Shown here piece after piece: positions 1 to 11,400 of a stretch of DNA of 64,000 nt. Origin of the DNA: an uncultured virus (IMG/VR IMGVR_UViG_3300033821_000010) (Duplodnaviria; Heunggongvirae; Uroviricota; Caudoviricetes). Each line of letters begins with the position of its first letter. Position 1 is the first letter of the stretch. The position numbers were made by a program, and so were the translations under genes. Under the pieces are notes generated by a model. That model worked only from the letters and a program-made list of their open reading frames with translations. It did no database searches and was not told the DNA's origin. Location: the IMG/VR virus record IMGVR_UViG_3300033821_000010; one strand, written 5' to 3'.

Positions 1-3000
1 CTGCTCCACCACTGTTTCCCGGCCCTTGGAACCCTTGCGGGCCGTCTCCCTGAAACCCTTGAAATCCTTGTGGCCCTTGGAAGCCTTGAATACCCTGGAA
101 ACCTTGGAAACCCTGACTTCCTTGACTTCCACCACAAATAGCCCAATTACGATAAGTGGAGTCAATAGTACCATTATGTCTGAATACAGCAATTTGGTCA
201 CCAACATTAGGCGGAATAGCATTAAAGGGATGAAGAGTATCACTATATTTACCTGTGTTATCTGAATACCCATTTGGATAACAGTCTACCAAACAAGTTG
301 AGGTTCCGTCTGTAAGCCATGGATTATCAACCTGTGTAATAATGCCAAGGATAATTTCATCATTCCCAAGGTCAACAAACTTCTCAGCACCTACTTTATG
401 AAGAACAGTTCTAATACCACCATTTAGATAGGCGGGAGCAGTAAGACCAAGCTGCATGTGTATATTTTGACCATTAAGAATAGTAACACCACTGATAGCA
501 CCAGAAGTAGCGGCTTGATTAAATCCGTCAGCATATTCAAGACCTGAACATGTATTACTTCCGCTGTCATTGGTGATTAAAAATGGAACATCGGTTCCTG
601 CTCCTTGTGGACCTTGGAAGCCTTGGAATCCATCAAAACCTTGAACACCATCAAAACCTTGTACTCCGTCAAAACCCTGATTACCGTCAAAACCCTGCAC
701 TCCATCATTGCCTTGGAAACCGTCAAAACCTTGTACTCCGTCATATCCTTGGAAACCGTCAAAGCCCTGAACACCGTCAAAACCCTGCACTCCATCATTG
801 CCTTGTACACCATCATTGCCTTGTACTCCGTCATAAACATCTATAACTACAGGGTCTTCACCGTCTAAATTAAATGTTAACTCAGTTCCACCTGGAAATG
901 GTTCAGCAGTTAAAGTCCAATAGGCACCCTGTGGACCATCAAAGCCTTGTACTCCTTCTTTTCCTTGTGGACCGTCATAAACATCTATAACTACAGGGTC
1001 TTCACCATTCATATTCCAAGTTAATTCGTTACCACCTTCAAATGGTTCATTGGTCAGGGTCCAATAGTCACCCTGTGGACCATCCAGACCCTGATTACCG
1101 TCAAAACCCTGCACTCCATCATTGCCTTGGAAACCGTCAAAACCCTGTACCCCGTCAAAACCCTGCACACCATCAAAGCCTTGTACGCCATCAAAGCCTT
1201 GTACGCCATCAAAGCCTTGTACGCCATCAAAGCCTTGTACGCCATCAAAGCCTTGTACGCCATCAAAGCCTTGTGGCCCATTATACAAATCGAAAATAAC
1301 TTGGTTTTCATCACTATCAGGCAGCGTCCATATCATTTGAACGCCAGCATTGTCAGGCAAAGGTTCTGTACTAGGAACCCAATATGGTCCTTGTACTCCA
1401 TCATCACCTTGTGGGCCTTGGAATCCATCGTTCCCTTGAAATCCTTGAACTCCATCAAAGCCTTGTGGACCATTATATAAATCAAATTGTTCAATAGGAT
1501 TCTCATGTTCTGTATCGCTTTGATAATAAAAACTTGTCTGAAAACCATTCTCAATTGGTGTCACTACTATATCTATTGAATCACCCTGAACACCTTGGAT
1601 ACCTTGCGGACCCATTAAACCACCAGCAGTTACTAATGAACCTGCTAGAATATTTGTACTTGGGTCTGCGTTGCCTGGATAGCCAAGGTTCAAAGCGTCT
1701 AATTCTGTATCACTTGTTACAGCAAGTATCTTGTAGTAACCACCGTTTTCAATATAGATAATTTGACCATCAGCGAACATTGCAGTAGAGTCAACTTCAA
1801 CCGCCACGTCAAGGTCAACGTCTGGTTGTAAGAAACTTGCTGTGGTATGCGCGGCTGTTGGACCTGTGCCTTGAAAGCCTTGAAAACCTTGGAATCCCTG
1901 TATGCCTTGTGGACCTATCAAACCACCTGGACTTGTACCAGCATTAGTGCCAATAAGAGTGCCTTCATCAGCATTGCCTGGATAACCTAAATTTGTCACA
2001 AAAGCATTTGTTCCATCAAGGTCAACAGAAGCAACTTGATAATAGCCAGCACCTTCAATGAAAATAACTTGGCCAGAAACCATCCAACTACAATTTTCAA
2101 ATAATACTGTTTGTGAGGAATCTATAGCTGGCACATTGAATTCTTCTGTTGTTACAGTATAGGCATTTATACCTTGAATACCTTGGAATCCCTGTATGCC
2201 TTGTGGACCTATTAAACCCGCTGGACTCACACCAGCACCAATATCTATATAAGCACCGGAATCAGCATTGCCAGGATAACCCAAATTCGTTATTGCCGCG
2301 TCTGTATCAGAAGTCACAGAATCAACTTGATAATAACCAGCACCAGCAACATAAATAACTTGCGTAGGCACCATCCAACTACAATTCTCAAATGTTAGTG
2401 GTATAGAATTTCCGATATCTGGTGCATTAAAATCATCTGTTGTAACGGTATAAGCATTAACACCTTGGAAACCTTGAAATCCTTGTATACCTTGTGGACC
2501 TATTAAACCACCCGGACTCACGCCAGCATATAATGTTTCTACAGTACCTTCATCTGCATTGCCTGGATAACCTAAATTTACTATAGTAGCAAGAATATCA
2601 GAATCCACCGAGCCAACTTGATAATAACCAGCACCAAATCCAATATAAATAATTTGGTCAGGCACCATCCAATTACAATTTTCAAATGATACTTGTGTAG
2701 CTCCACCTATGGCTGGAGTAGTCCATGATTCTGTTGTTATAGTATAAGCATTAACACCTTGAAAACCTTGAATGCCCTGCGAACCTTGTGGGCCGTTATA
2801 AACATCAAACGTGGCAATAGGGTCGCCTTCAGGGTCGCTGGCATAATACATATTGACTTGAACGCCATTTATAATTTCTGTTACACCTACAACTATTGCA
2901 TCGCCTTGTGGACCTTGGAATCCTTGTGGGCCGTTATATAGATTAAAGGTTAGAAAAGGGTCTTCTTCCAATTCTTGGTCTGAATAATAGTAATTAGTCT

Positions 3001-4435
3001 GTACACCATTTGTAATAGGAACCTGAGTTACATCTACATAAGCTCCCTGAAATCCTTGCATCCCTTGGAAGCCTTGTGAACCACCACCTTGCGAACCTGA
3101 TATTTGTAGAACTGTATAAGAAGTCAAGTCGTTTGATAATGTTCCAACACTCCCGCTTGGAGAAGCTTGCGGACCAGACAGAATATCAAAATTTTGTCCT
3201 GATGGTGTTGCTGTTAAATCTTGATTATATTTTATAATTTGTACTGTTTGTGACCTATCAGGCTGTACATCACTTGTTGCCATGACTAAAGGCGGAATAG
3301 TGTCACGTGCAGCCCACACTTTTAGAAAATTCGGGTCATCTGAACTTGGACCTATAATTGACATACAACGTGCGCCAAAAACGCCTTTAACGAATCCTTT
3401 ACTCGTGCCTGTATAACATCCAATTGTTTCTCCAATAGTTATCGAACCACCATCGTTGATACTCATATCCACAAGAGCAAGGAATCTGCCAGCCGGGTAA
3501 GACGCATAACCAGTTCTTGGTGTTGCAACTGGAATAATATAGTTTTTGTGAATATAAAAATACGGAAAGCCATCATACAAATCAGATGCGTCTGCTGGAC
3601 TTGTGAGAATTAAATCACCAGTTGAATTATATCCGCTGCTACTACCCCTCTCAGGCACCAACGGCATTCCTTCTAATAATTCAGAACCACCATTCCGTTC
3701 ATAAACAACAGTTCCAAGTGATTCTGGGTACGGCGGTATGTCTTCCCAATAAGTCTCTGGATAAGCAAGTTGCGGAAAATTAAAAACAGGAATGAAATCC
3801 AGAGCCGAATCTGTGTGTCCAGTGCCAGCAATACCACCGCCAAAAACAACGAATTTTTGCAAACTACCCGTGGTATAACAAAGCATCCGAATCAAACCTT
3901 TAGGAACTTCTTCATCCCATTGTTTTGTCTTCGCATTGTATTGGGAATATACTTGTTCTGCAACATATCCATAATCATAAGGATTCCAAACTTCATCTCC
4001 ATCATCGTTAAGGCTTTTGAAGTATGTCCAAAACCACATAGTAAATGTATTAGAGGTTTGGTCATAAGTAATTCGTGGTTGATGAACTTCATAAAAAGGA
4101 ACGATTGACGATTCATCTTCGCTGATATAACAAACTATATTTGTTCCATTGGCCATTTTTTGATTGTTTAGGCGCGACATTAAAAGCATGTACTTGCCGT
4201 CAGAACTGTATGGAGGGGTTGTTGGAAGGTTGGTTTGATAGCGAGTAAATTGCAGACTACCTTCTGTGGTTTCTTCTGAACAATAATATATTTGTTTATT
4301 TAGGCCATCCTCATATAATTCAATATCGCCATATACGAAGTCACTACGGAAGCACAGAATATCCCTATCTTTAAGCACAACAATAGAGGGTGCATGACCT
4401 ATATGATACCATTCTGATATGTTAGAATCAGGCAT
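1..4435 (-). CDS. Collagen-like tail fibre / virion fibre protein (3'-truncated by window edge, >1470 aa)
   Basis: Missing from the ORF track because no stop lies in the window. ATG at 4435 (MPDSNISEWYHIG...). The same frame reads GFQGDGPQGFQGPG at 2-58 and FPGGTELTFNLDGEDPVVID at 841-900 (spot-checked, not every codon). G-X-Y (GPQ/GFQ/GVQ) tracts alternate with repeated globular modules; it lies downstream of the hub/TMP genes. Confidence 0.8.
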   Translation of the reverse strand, partial: MPDSNISEWYHIGHAPSIVVLKDRDILCFRSDFVYGDIELYEDGLNKQIYYCSEETTEGSLQFTRYQTNLPTTPPYSSDGKYMLLMSRLNNQKMANGTNIVCYISEDESSIVPFYEVHQPRITYDQTSNTFTMWFWTYFKSLNDDGDEVWNPYDYGYVAEQVYSQYNAKTKQWDEEVPKGLIRMLCYTTGSLQKFVVFGGGIAGTGHTDSALDFIPVFNFPQLAYPETYWEDIPPYPESLGTVVYERNGGSELLEGMPLVPERGSSSGYNSTGDLILTSPADASDLYDGFPYFYIHKNYIIPVATPRTGYASYPAGRFLALVDMSINDGGSITIGETIGCYTGTSKGFVKGVFGARCMSIIGPSSDDPNFLKVWAARDTIPPLVMATSDVQPDRSQTVQIIKYNQDLTATPSGQNFDILSGPQASPSGSVGTLSNDLTSYTVLQISGSQGGGSQGFQGMQGFQGAYVDVTQVPITNGVQTNYYYSDQELEEDPFLTFNLYNGPQGFQGPQGDAIVVGVTEIINGVQVNMYYASDPEGDPIATFDVYNGPQGSQGIQGFQGVNAYTITTESWTTPAIGGATQVSFENCNWMVPDQIIYIGFGAGYYQVGSVDSDILATIVNLGYPGNADEGTVETLYAGVSPGGLIGPQGIQGFQGFQGVNAYTVTTDDFNAPDIGNSIPLTFENCSWMVPTQVIYVAGAGYYQVDSVTSDTDAAITNLGYPGNADSGAYIDIGAGVSPAGLIGPQGIQGFQGIQGINAYTVTTEEFNVPAIDSSQTVLFENCSWMVSGQVIFIEGAGYYQVASVDLDGTNAFVTNLGYPGNADEGTLIGTNAGTSPGGLIGPQGIQGFQGFQGFQGTGPTAAHTTASFLQPDVDLDVAVEVDSTAMFADGQIIYIENGGYYKILAVTSDTELDALNLGYPGNADPSTNILAGSLVTAGGLMGPQGIQGVQGDSIDIVVTPIENGFQTSFYYQSDTEHENPIEQFDLYNGPQGFDGVQGFQGNDGFQGPQGDDGVQGPYWVPSTEPLPDNAGVQMIWTLPDSDENQVIFDLYNGPQGFDGVQGFDGVQGFDGVQGFDGVQGFDGVQGFDGVQGFDGVQGFDGFQGNDGVQGFDGNQGLDGPQGDYWTLTNEPFEGGNELTWNMNGEDPVVIDVYDGPQGKEGVQGFDGPQGAYWTLTAEPFPGGTELTFNLDGEDPVVIDVYDGVQGNDGVQGNDGVQGFDGVQGFDGFQGYDGVQGFDGFQGNDGVQGFDGNQGFDGVQGFDGVQGFDGFQGFQGPQGAGTDVPFLITNDSGSNTCSGLEYADGFNQAATSGAISGVTILNGQNIHMQLGLTAPAYLNGGIRTVLHKVGAEKFVDLGNDEIILGIITQVDNPWLTDGTSTCLVDCYPNGYSDNTGKYSDTLHPFNAIPPNVGDQIAVFRHNGTIDSTYRNWAICGGSQGSQGFQGFQGIQGFQGPQGFQGFQGDGPQGFQGPGNSGGA
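1171..1274. repeat. Perfect 18-nt tandem repeat (5 full copies + partial) encoding GVQGFD
   Basis: Unit catcaaagccttgtacgc at 1171, 1189, 1207, 1225 and 1243, partial at 1261; in frame within the fibre gene. Confidence 0.95.
1900..2760 (-). repeat. Three tandem copies of a ~95-codon module in the fibre protein
   Basis: Each copy reads NAYT(I/V)TT...FENC(S/N)WMV..Q.I.I..AGYYQV.SV...NLGYPGNAD.G...G.SP.GLIGPQG; approximately 1900-2170, 2200-2460 and 2490-2760. Confidence 0.85.
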
Positions 4436-4441
4436 AATCTC

Positions 4442-5479
4442 TTACCTATATAAAATTCTGACTCTGATTTTGATACCAATATCCCCATTATTATACAACT
4501 TTAATGACGTTTTATCTGGCACATTTCTATCCAAATTGTAATAACCAACTGCTATTTGACCAATATTAGGAAAACTATATTTACTTATTCCTTTAGTCGC
4601 TTCAACAACAAGATGTGCTTCTACCGATATGATTTGTTCGGCATTCGGCACAGTGATTAGAATACCTCCTGTACCACCACTATCAGTATCAAACATAAAG
4701 ACTTTACTTTCAAAGGCTTCGTTGATAGCACCAATAATAGTTTGATTTGCAGTTACAAGTTTAATATTTATATCATCGCTTAAAGTCACAGAAGTTCGCT
4801 TGTCTTGGAGTACCATTTCATTTTTGGATTCTATGGTTGCTTTGCCTGTTCTCTTATCATCTACTGTTATGGATGCTTCAGTCAAACTGTCATCTTCACC
4901 GATGTTTACACCTAGATGCTTTCTGACAGTTAATTCATCTTGGAACAAAGACTCCCCATGAGGATTGGTTTTGTCGCTAGTGTGTAAAGCGATATCAGAG
5001 CCATATATTTTACCGTCAGGATTTGTATTTAACTCAATTTTATCATTGGATAAATCAGCAATAGCCATCAACAAAACGGCGGGGTTATTGGTCTTTGGTG
5101 ACAACGTGCTTAACACTCTAAAAGCCGTTTCATTTTCAAACAGGTCTACAGTAAAACTCACATACAAATAGTAAATACCACCTTTTTTAAGGTTATCCCA
5201 CACGATTGATTCTTTAGCTTCTACATAACCACCACCAACAATACCACAAAGCGCAGAAGTAGTTTCGTTGTGATATAAACTCACAGAACAAGTGCCGTCA
5301 TGGTTATCTTTAATCTCAAAAATTCCTTCCTCAAAGACAGCACATTTTACACCCTTAGAAGCAGCCAATAGCTGATTTTCAATGATGTTCATACGTCTTG
5401 TTTCTTCGATTTCCTCAATCTTGTCTTTTTTACAAGGAATGGGAATACCGAAAAATTCAGTTCTTTTTCCGTAACTCAT
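4442..5479 (-). CDS. Putative baseplate/fibre-associated structural protein
   Basis: 345-aa ORF between the hub-like gene and the fibre gene; contains a 'TANQTIIGAINE' motif typical of phage fibre proteins. Confidence 0.5.
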   Translation of the reverse strand: MSYGKRTEFFGIPIPCKKDKIEEIEETRRMNIIENQLLAASKGVKCAVFEEGIFEIKDNHDGTCSVSLYHNETTSALCGIVGGGYVEAKESIVWDNLKKGGIYYLYVSFTVDLFENETAFRVLSTLSPKTNNPAVLLMAIADLSNDKIELNTNPDGKIYGSDIALHTSDKTNPHGESLFQDELTVRKHLGVNIGEDDSLTEASITVDDKRTGKATIESKNEMVLQDKRTSVTLSDDINIKLVTANQTIIGAINEAFESKVFMFDTDSGGTGGILITVPNAEQIISVEAHLVVEATKGISKYSFPNIGQIAVGYYNLDRNVPDKTSLKLYNNGDIGIKIRVRILYR

Positions 5480-5497
5480 CGTTGTTCATCCTTTTCT

Positions 5498-5719
5498 TTA
5501 GCTTACAAAACAATCACCATCTACTTCTGAAGAACCAACTATAAACGCTCTTCTACCTTTTGAATCAGTATCAACTTTAGCAGATTTTCTCGTAACCACT
5601 CCACCAGTTACTCCCATCTGAGTGGAATGGAAATTTTGTGAACCAAGACTATGCTGTTGAATTGCAGTACGAGCAAACAGCTTATTATTCGGCGTATTTG
5701 TAAAACCAGTGAGCCTCAT
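5498..5719 (-). CDS. Small hypothetical protein (tail module)
   Basis: 73 aa, RBS-like GGAGAAGG upstream, tightly packed between neighbours. Confidence 0.6.
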   Translation of the reverse strand: MRLTGFTNTPNNKLFARTAIQQHSLGSQNFHSTQMGVTGGVVTRKSAKVDTDSKGRRAFIVGSSEVDGDCFVS

Positions 5720-5731
5720 AATCCTTCTCCT

Positions 5732-8437
5732 TTAACTGATACTTTGTGCAGCAAATTCTACGTCAGTAGTCCATGTCTTAGCACTAAAATCCATATTTTG
5801 TGTAACGCTTATGATAACGAATTGTAAGCCGTTGATGGTCCACGTGTCATAAGGCCATATTGATGGATTTCCTACTACAGACGTTCTTCCATTATAATAG
5901 ACTGTTCTTGACGCAGATTCCATTTTATCCAAAAGAGTTGACAAATCGCTTTCATTAACAAAAGCATTGAATCCTTGAACCATCATTTTAGCCCACGCAA
6001 AATGAGGATAGTTGTTCGTAATATTCCGTATTTGAATCAATGGGAACACTGGAAAATTTTTCACTTCTGTTTCTGTCGTTTCTGTTTTTTGAAGCCCAAA
6101 TCCTACTATTTGGTTTCGTATATTTTCAAAATCTGGCGTCTGGTCAAATGTCGTAGCTACTACTGTGACTGGCCCCGTATAAAAATTACTCCATTCTATA
6201 CCGTCACCAAGCGTAACAGGCAAACCTGTAGTTTTGTCCATTTCATATACTTGTATTTTTCCAAATGCATCAAAGAAATAAGTATGACCTTGCTCTTTCG
6301 TCACTTGAGATAGAGCATCTTGCACAGAAGTTCCCGTCTTAAAATCATAGTGAGCCGTTTGAATATCATCTGTTGACATAACAGGTTCATATAACATCGT
6401 GCCATGGTATTGGTCTTCGCCAAATTCCAATCCAACATAATCAAGTAAATATTTCAATACATCATACAACAAATAACCATCGAAAAATGGTGCATTTATA
6501 AGTGCCATGTCTTCCATTTTTTTACTTCTGCCAACCAATGGTATATTACAAGTGGCCCCATCCGATGAACCAGAATCACCAGCACCTAATCCAAGACCTG
6601 TAAAAATAGTTTCATCTATCCAATTATTACTTGGATTGATTGGGTGTGTTCCACTGGCAGTTATTTCTATTCTACCAACATATTGTTTGGTAATAGCGCG
6701 TTGACCGGCCATGCCATATTTGTCAAGTGTAATACTCCCGCTTGTGCTATCTAAGCTTATGGTAGTGTTTATAGTATGAATATAATCTGACCAATAAGAT
6801 GATGGATAAGGGTCAGCAGGCGCGGCACCATTCCAAATTGAAGTAAGCGGATATACACCATCAGCATTTGAATTTGATATATGACGGTTCTCGTCTGCTT
6901 GAAGTACAAAGCCAAAAATCTCACCACTTGTGCGTAGATAATTAGGATTGTCAGGGCGAGCATCATCTGAGGCTTCAAATCTTATTCTTCTATAATCATA
7001 ATCAGTTCCGCTCTTGTTATAGTTCGGGTCAACTTTGCAATTCTTTATTCCGAAAGAAGGAACTCCATTATCTGTCCAAATCGGATAAGCCCATTGCCAA
7101 TAACGAACATCACCACCATCAGCAGTTGTGGTATAAAAATAATCCATTCCAACCTCTGATAAAAAGAACAAAGGTTGATAAGCGAAATCTGCTTTGCAGC
7201 CAACAAATTCTATCTGTAATTGATTCCCAAAATCAACTTGTACATCGGGGGATGATGTGACGTAATTGAGTGCATACGGATTCACAGGAGGATAATCTAC
7301 CATTGGGTCGCCAGAACCATCAGGAGGCCACATTGCTTCATTAGGATAAGGTAATACATCTGTTGGCACGAATGGTGGTGTTATACTTCCCAAAAAATTC
7401 TCCTTCTTTTTTTTGACAAACAGACGGCTTGTTACTTCTTCTGTGTTTCTTGGGTCTTGTATTCCATTAGCAACAACTACTCCATTCCAAACAGGGTAAA
7501 TCACCACACAATAAGGTATGCCGCCGTTTCCAGCTATGGCTTGAAACGCTGGAGGTTTTTCAGCATTTGAAGCTTGTGGCATTGTTTCGCCTTTATCATC
7601 GTTGCCAGCTATATTAACCTTTAATGCTCCTGTGCTATCAAAACTAATTTTCAACCCATCAGCACTATCAGGGAAATTTATATTTACAGACCAATTGACA
7701 TTACCAGTTGGACTTGGGTTTCTGCCAAAATCTATCGTAGGACATTGACCTGAGTTGTTTGGAATAATACTCATCATTATAACCATTGCGCCACCAGCAA
7801 CTAATTTAGTGGGGTCTACTGGTAAATCACGATAATATTGAGTATTGGAATCCCATCTATCTTGATTTAAAGAGCACTCCACAATAATTTGACTTGATGC
7901 AGAATTATCATCTTTGTATTGTAATGAAACATATTTTGCAGTACCAACCCCACCAGCACGCATGTAATAAGTATTTGGATGAGGAATAGATGGTGGTGGG
8001 ATTACACTAACAACATTCCAATTAAATATGCCTCTATCTTGACCCCCTGCACCATTTTCGTCACCAGTAAAAACGCCATTGTCTACCAATAATTCCGATG
8101 GTATAACCAATTTTGGCATAATAGAATTGTTAGGTGTTATGAAACCAGAAGGCGTTTGCTGTATGCCTAATTGCGTTTCTTCGCCCCAAGCTGCTGGATT
8201 GATAAATGCTGGCCTAACATAACCAACGTCAAGTTGAGCTGTTTTATTATTCCAAAAACAGAAAGCTTCTGTTTCTGGCGGTTCTAACTCATAGTCTTCA
8301 ATAGAACCAGTACCGCTAAGATTGTAGAGGAAATAATGCTGTGATTGAAATGATACTTTAGAAAAATTCCTTCTGACGTTGTAGAAATCAACGTCATCAG
8401 TAGGAGGACTAGCTATGTTGGCTACTGGATTCATCAT
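5732..8437 (-). CDS. Putative baseplate hub / tail-tip protein
   Basis: 901 aa directly downstream of the TMP; C-terminal 'DFKTGTSVQDALSQVTKEQGHTYFFDAFGKI' resembles hub (gp27/Tal-like) segments. Confidence 0.6.
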   Translation of the reverse strand: MMNPVANIASPPTDDVDFYNVRRNFSKVSFQSQHYFLYNLSGTGSIEDYELEPPETEAFCFWNNKTAQLDVGYVRPAFINPAAWGEETQLGIQQTPSGFITPNNSIMPKLVIPSELLVDNGVFTGDENGAGGQDRGIFNWNVVSVIPPPSIPHPNTYYMRAGGVGTAKYVSLQYKDDNSASSQIIVECSLNQDRWDSNTQYYRDLPVDPTKLVAGGAMVIMMSIIPNNSGQCPTIDFGRNPSPTGNVNWSVNINFPDSADGLKISFDSTGALKVNIAGNDDKGETMPQASNAEKPPAFQAIAGNGGIPYCVVIYPVWNGVVVANGIQDPRNTEEVTSRLFVKKKKENFLGSITPPFVPTDVLPYPNEAMWPPDGSGDPMVDYPPVNPYALNYVTSSPDVQVDFGNQLQIEFVGCKADFAYQPLFFLSEVGMDYFYTTTADGGDVRYWQWAYPIWTDNGVPSFGIKNCKVDPNYNKSGTDYDYRRIRFEASDDARPDNPNYLRTSGEIFGFVLQADENRHISNSNADGVYPLTSIWNGAAPADPYPSSYWSDYIHTINTTISLDSTSGSITLDKYGMAGQRAITKQYVGRIEITASGTHPINPSNNWIDETIFTGLGLGAGDSGSSDGATCNIPLVGRSKKMEDMALINAPFFDGYLLYDVLKYLLDYVGLEFGEDQYHGTMLYEPVMSTDDIQTAHYDFKTGTSVQDALSQVTKEQGHTYFFDAFGKIQVYEMDKTTGLPVTLGDGIEWSNFYTGPVTVVATTFDQTPDFENIRNQIVGFGLQKTETTETEVKNFPVFPLIQIRNITNNYPHFAWAKMMVQGFNAFVNESDLSTLLDKMESASRTVYYNGRTSVVGNPSIWPYDTWTINGLQFVIISVTQNMDFSAKTWTTDVEFAAQSIS

Positions 8438-8452
8438 AAAAGCATCATGTCC

Positions 8453-11400
8453 TTACGACATACTCACATATCTTTTGTTCATTACTTGTAAAAAAGCCGG
8501 ATTTGTTGAAGCCGTTTGTATCACGATTTGTGACACTTCTTTCTTGAACATTTCGTTATTGAAGCTGACTTTAATATCACCCTTAACGTCAACATTCAAA
8601 GTCATTGGTGCATTAGCTGCCCCCGCACCCCTTGGATTGGCCGATATGGTACTCACAGGTTGCAAACCAGCAGTAGGAGTTAATGCGGCTGGACTATAAG
8701 GAGCAGTTTTCCCTGCCATAAATGCTGGACCAGTTGAACCTGCCAATCCTTGTTCACCTGCTGCCCCCGTAACACCTTTTGGACCCAAAGGCGCTTCTTT
8801 AGCACCAAACGTCTTAAAAGTATCAAGCCAATCAGTATTAAATTGGTCTTTTGTTTCGCCTGCTTTTGCTTCTAATTCTTTTTGTTTGTCTGCAATTTGT
8901 TTATAGCCAACATCATTCACATCTGTAGCACTTTTAACAGTTTGCACTCCAGTAGTCTTCGTAGCTTTTCTTTTTTGTAAACTTGCATTTACCATATCTA
9001 ACCGTCTTTGTGTTCTTTCTTCAGGTGTTTCATTTGATGTTTTTTCAATTCTGTCTTTTCTTGTTGCGGAAAATTCAGCAGCTTTCTTGTCTGCTGCAAA
9101 AGCGGCTTCATCGCTTTGAGCTTTTTTAGCTGCTCGTTCTTCATCTGTAAGTTTTGCTTCCGCCGCATCTGCTTCCTCAATTCGCTTCATATAAACATCA
9201 AACTTGCCCATTTTTTCTGCTTGATGCTTACCTATTTGCTGCTGATAGCTAAGGCCAACCTTACCACCTTTAGCACCTTTAGTACCACCAGCACCAACAG
9301 CCACACCAGCCACACCGGCAGCACCAGCCACACCAGAAGCACCTTTTTCTCCAAGTTGTTCTATTTTTGATAATCCATCTAATTGCTTTTTATCTGTTGT
9401 AATTTCGCGACGTGTATTTTTCAATTCTCTAGTTGTTTTTTTATCATCTTTCTTAGCAACAATACCAAATCGTGCAGCTATATCTAAAATGGTTCCAGCT
9501 ATAACATCAAGAGTATTATTCATGGAAGAAACTTTTTGACTTCCATCAATACCTTTATCTATGATAGCAGCTTGAGTGGCAGGAGTTGGTAAATTGGCTG
9601 CTGTGTTTGGACCGGCACCAAGTGTTCCCCCAAGACCACTACCTCTCTTATTTTCTAGCTTTTCTGTTGGGCTGCGTGATGCAACAGCGCCAGTACCACC
9701 TACGCCAGCAATATTAGGCATTGAAGATATCAGACCGGTTGGTTTAGCACCCATTGCCATTTGAGCTTGACGGTCTTGTAAAGTGGAACTCTTACCTCCA
9801 ACTGTCATTCCCTTGGCATTGACTACTCTTGAACCACCAAACAACAAAGCATCTGTACCAATACCTCTTGCAGCGCCTTTATTAGCATTTAAGGCTCCAA
9901 ACGCTTTGCTTAATAACTTGTCATAGGCATCTCTTTGCATACCAAGAGCTTCTTTACGAACCTGCATCTCTTTCTTACCATATTCCATAGCCATTCTGAA
10001 ACGTTCTTTTTCATTGGCTGTAATTGCTGTTGCTAAAGTTGCCGCCTTATTAAAATCACCTGCAATAGAAGCAGCCTCTTGCTCACGTTTCATAGCTGCG
10101 ATGTTTTCATCCATTGCCTTAACTTCATCGCGCTTTATGGCTAATTCTTCATAGCTCACTTGCATTGATTGTTGACGTACTTTTACAATCTCTCCCACAG
10201 AGCCTCCTAGTTCCGAGAGAGTGTCAGCATATTCAGTCAAGTAGCTCTTCTGTTCTTCTAGGTTAGATATTTGTAAGTCTGCATTCTTTTTGATTACTTC
10301 AGTAGTGGCTTTGGCTATTTCAAGTATTTTGGTATTGCGTGCTTTTTGTCCTAAAGAAGCTTTCATGCTACGATTTGCAATATCTATTTCTAATTTCTTC
10401 TTTTTTGTTTCTTTGTCTATAACTGTTTTTGCACCTTCTAATTCAATCTTGTCTTTTTCGATTGCCGCGTCCATTATCTTTAATGTGTCTTTAAGTTCTT
10501 TGTCTAAACCCGCAATATAAGCATCCCTCATTTGATTAAGAGACTTATTAGCATCTCTCACAGCTTCTTGACCTTTGGCAACATCCCATAACACACCGGC
10601 CAAATCTATACCAGCATCGGCAGATTCTTTAAGAGATTTAGGAACCTGATAATCAAAACTCTGGTCTATTTGGTCAATACTGTCTCTAAATTTTTTCAAG
10701 TCTTCTATCAATGCACTATTGGCTTCTGCCATCTTAATATCTAGATTTTGTTGAGAAGTTACATAGCTTTGAGCCGCCGTATTGCTTTTTCCAGCGGCTT
10801 TAGCAAGGAATTGTGCTCTGTTTTCCAACTTTGTCGCATACTCTTTAAGCTCTGGGAAATCACCATACTTTTTCATTATTGATTGTAATATATTTTTCTG
10901 CTTGGAAATATTTTTAGGTATGGCTTGTTGTTGAACTTTTTCTAATCTTCCTGCTTGTTCAGGGGTGAAAACTTTGGCGGCTTCTTCTTTTTTACCAGCC
11001 GCCTGAAGCTCTATTGCCTTCATCTGCCTTTCGCGTAAATCAGCCGCTTCCTTAAGTGCATCTTGTAATTCTGTATTGACAGCGCCAAGTTCTGTATTAA
11101 AAGCATTTTTAACGTCATTAGCTACGCCAGATAAGTTGAAAATCTGACTTGGGTGTATGTCTTCTAAGTCAGTTTGGATTAGTTCCAACTCTTTTGAAAT
11201 AACTATTTTTATGTTGGCGGCAGTATCATGAAGAACTTCTCCTGCCTTTTTAATGTCATCATTTAATCCGGCATTTTTCTTCATCGTAGCCAACAATCGC
11301 CTACTTGCGTTTTCTGCACCATTGTTTGTAGCATAGTCATACGTAGCGGCAGCATCTGCTTGTTGCATTTCCCTTAATGCTTCGGCTGATTTATTACTCT

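Noticed and set aside
1171..1274. Possible CRISPR array
   Set aside because: Repeats are head-to-tail with no spacers and encode in-frame collagen GVQGFD.
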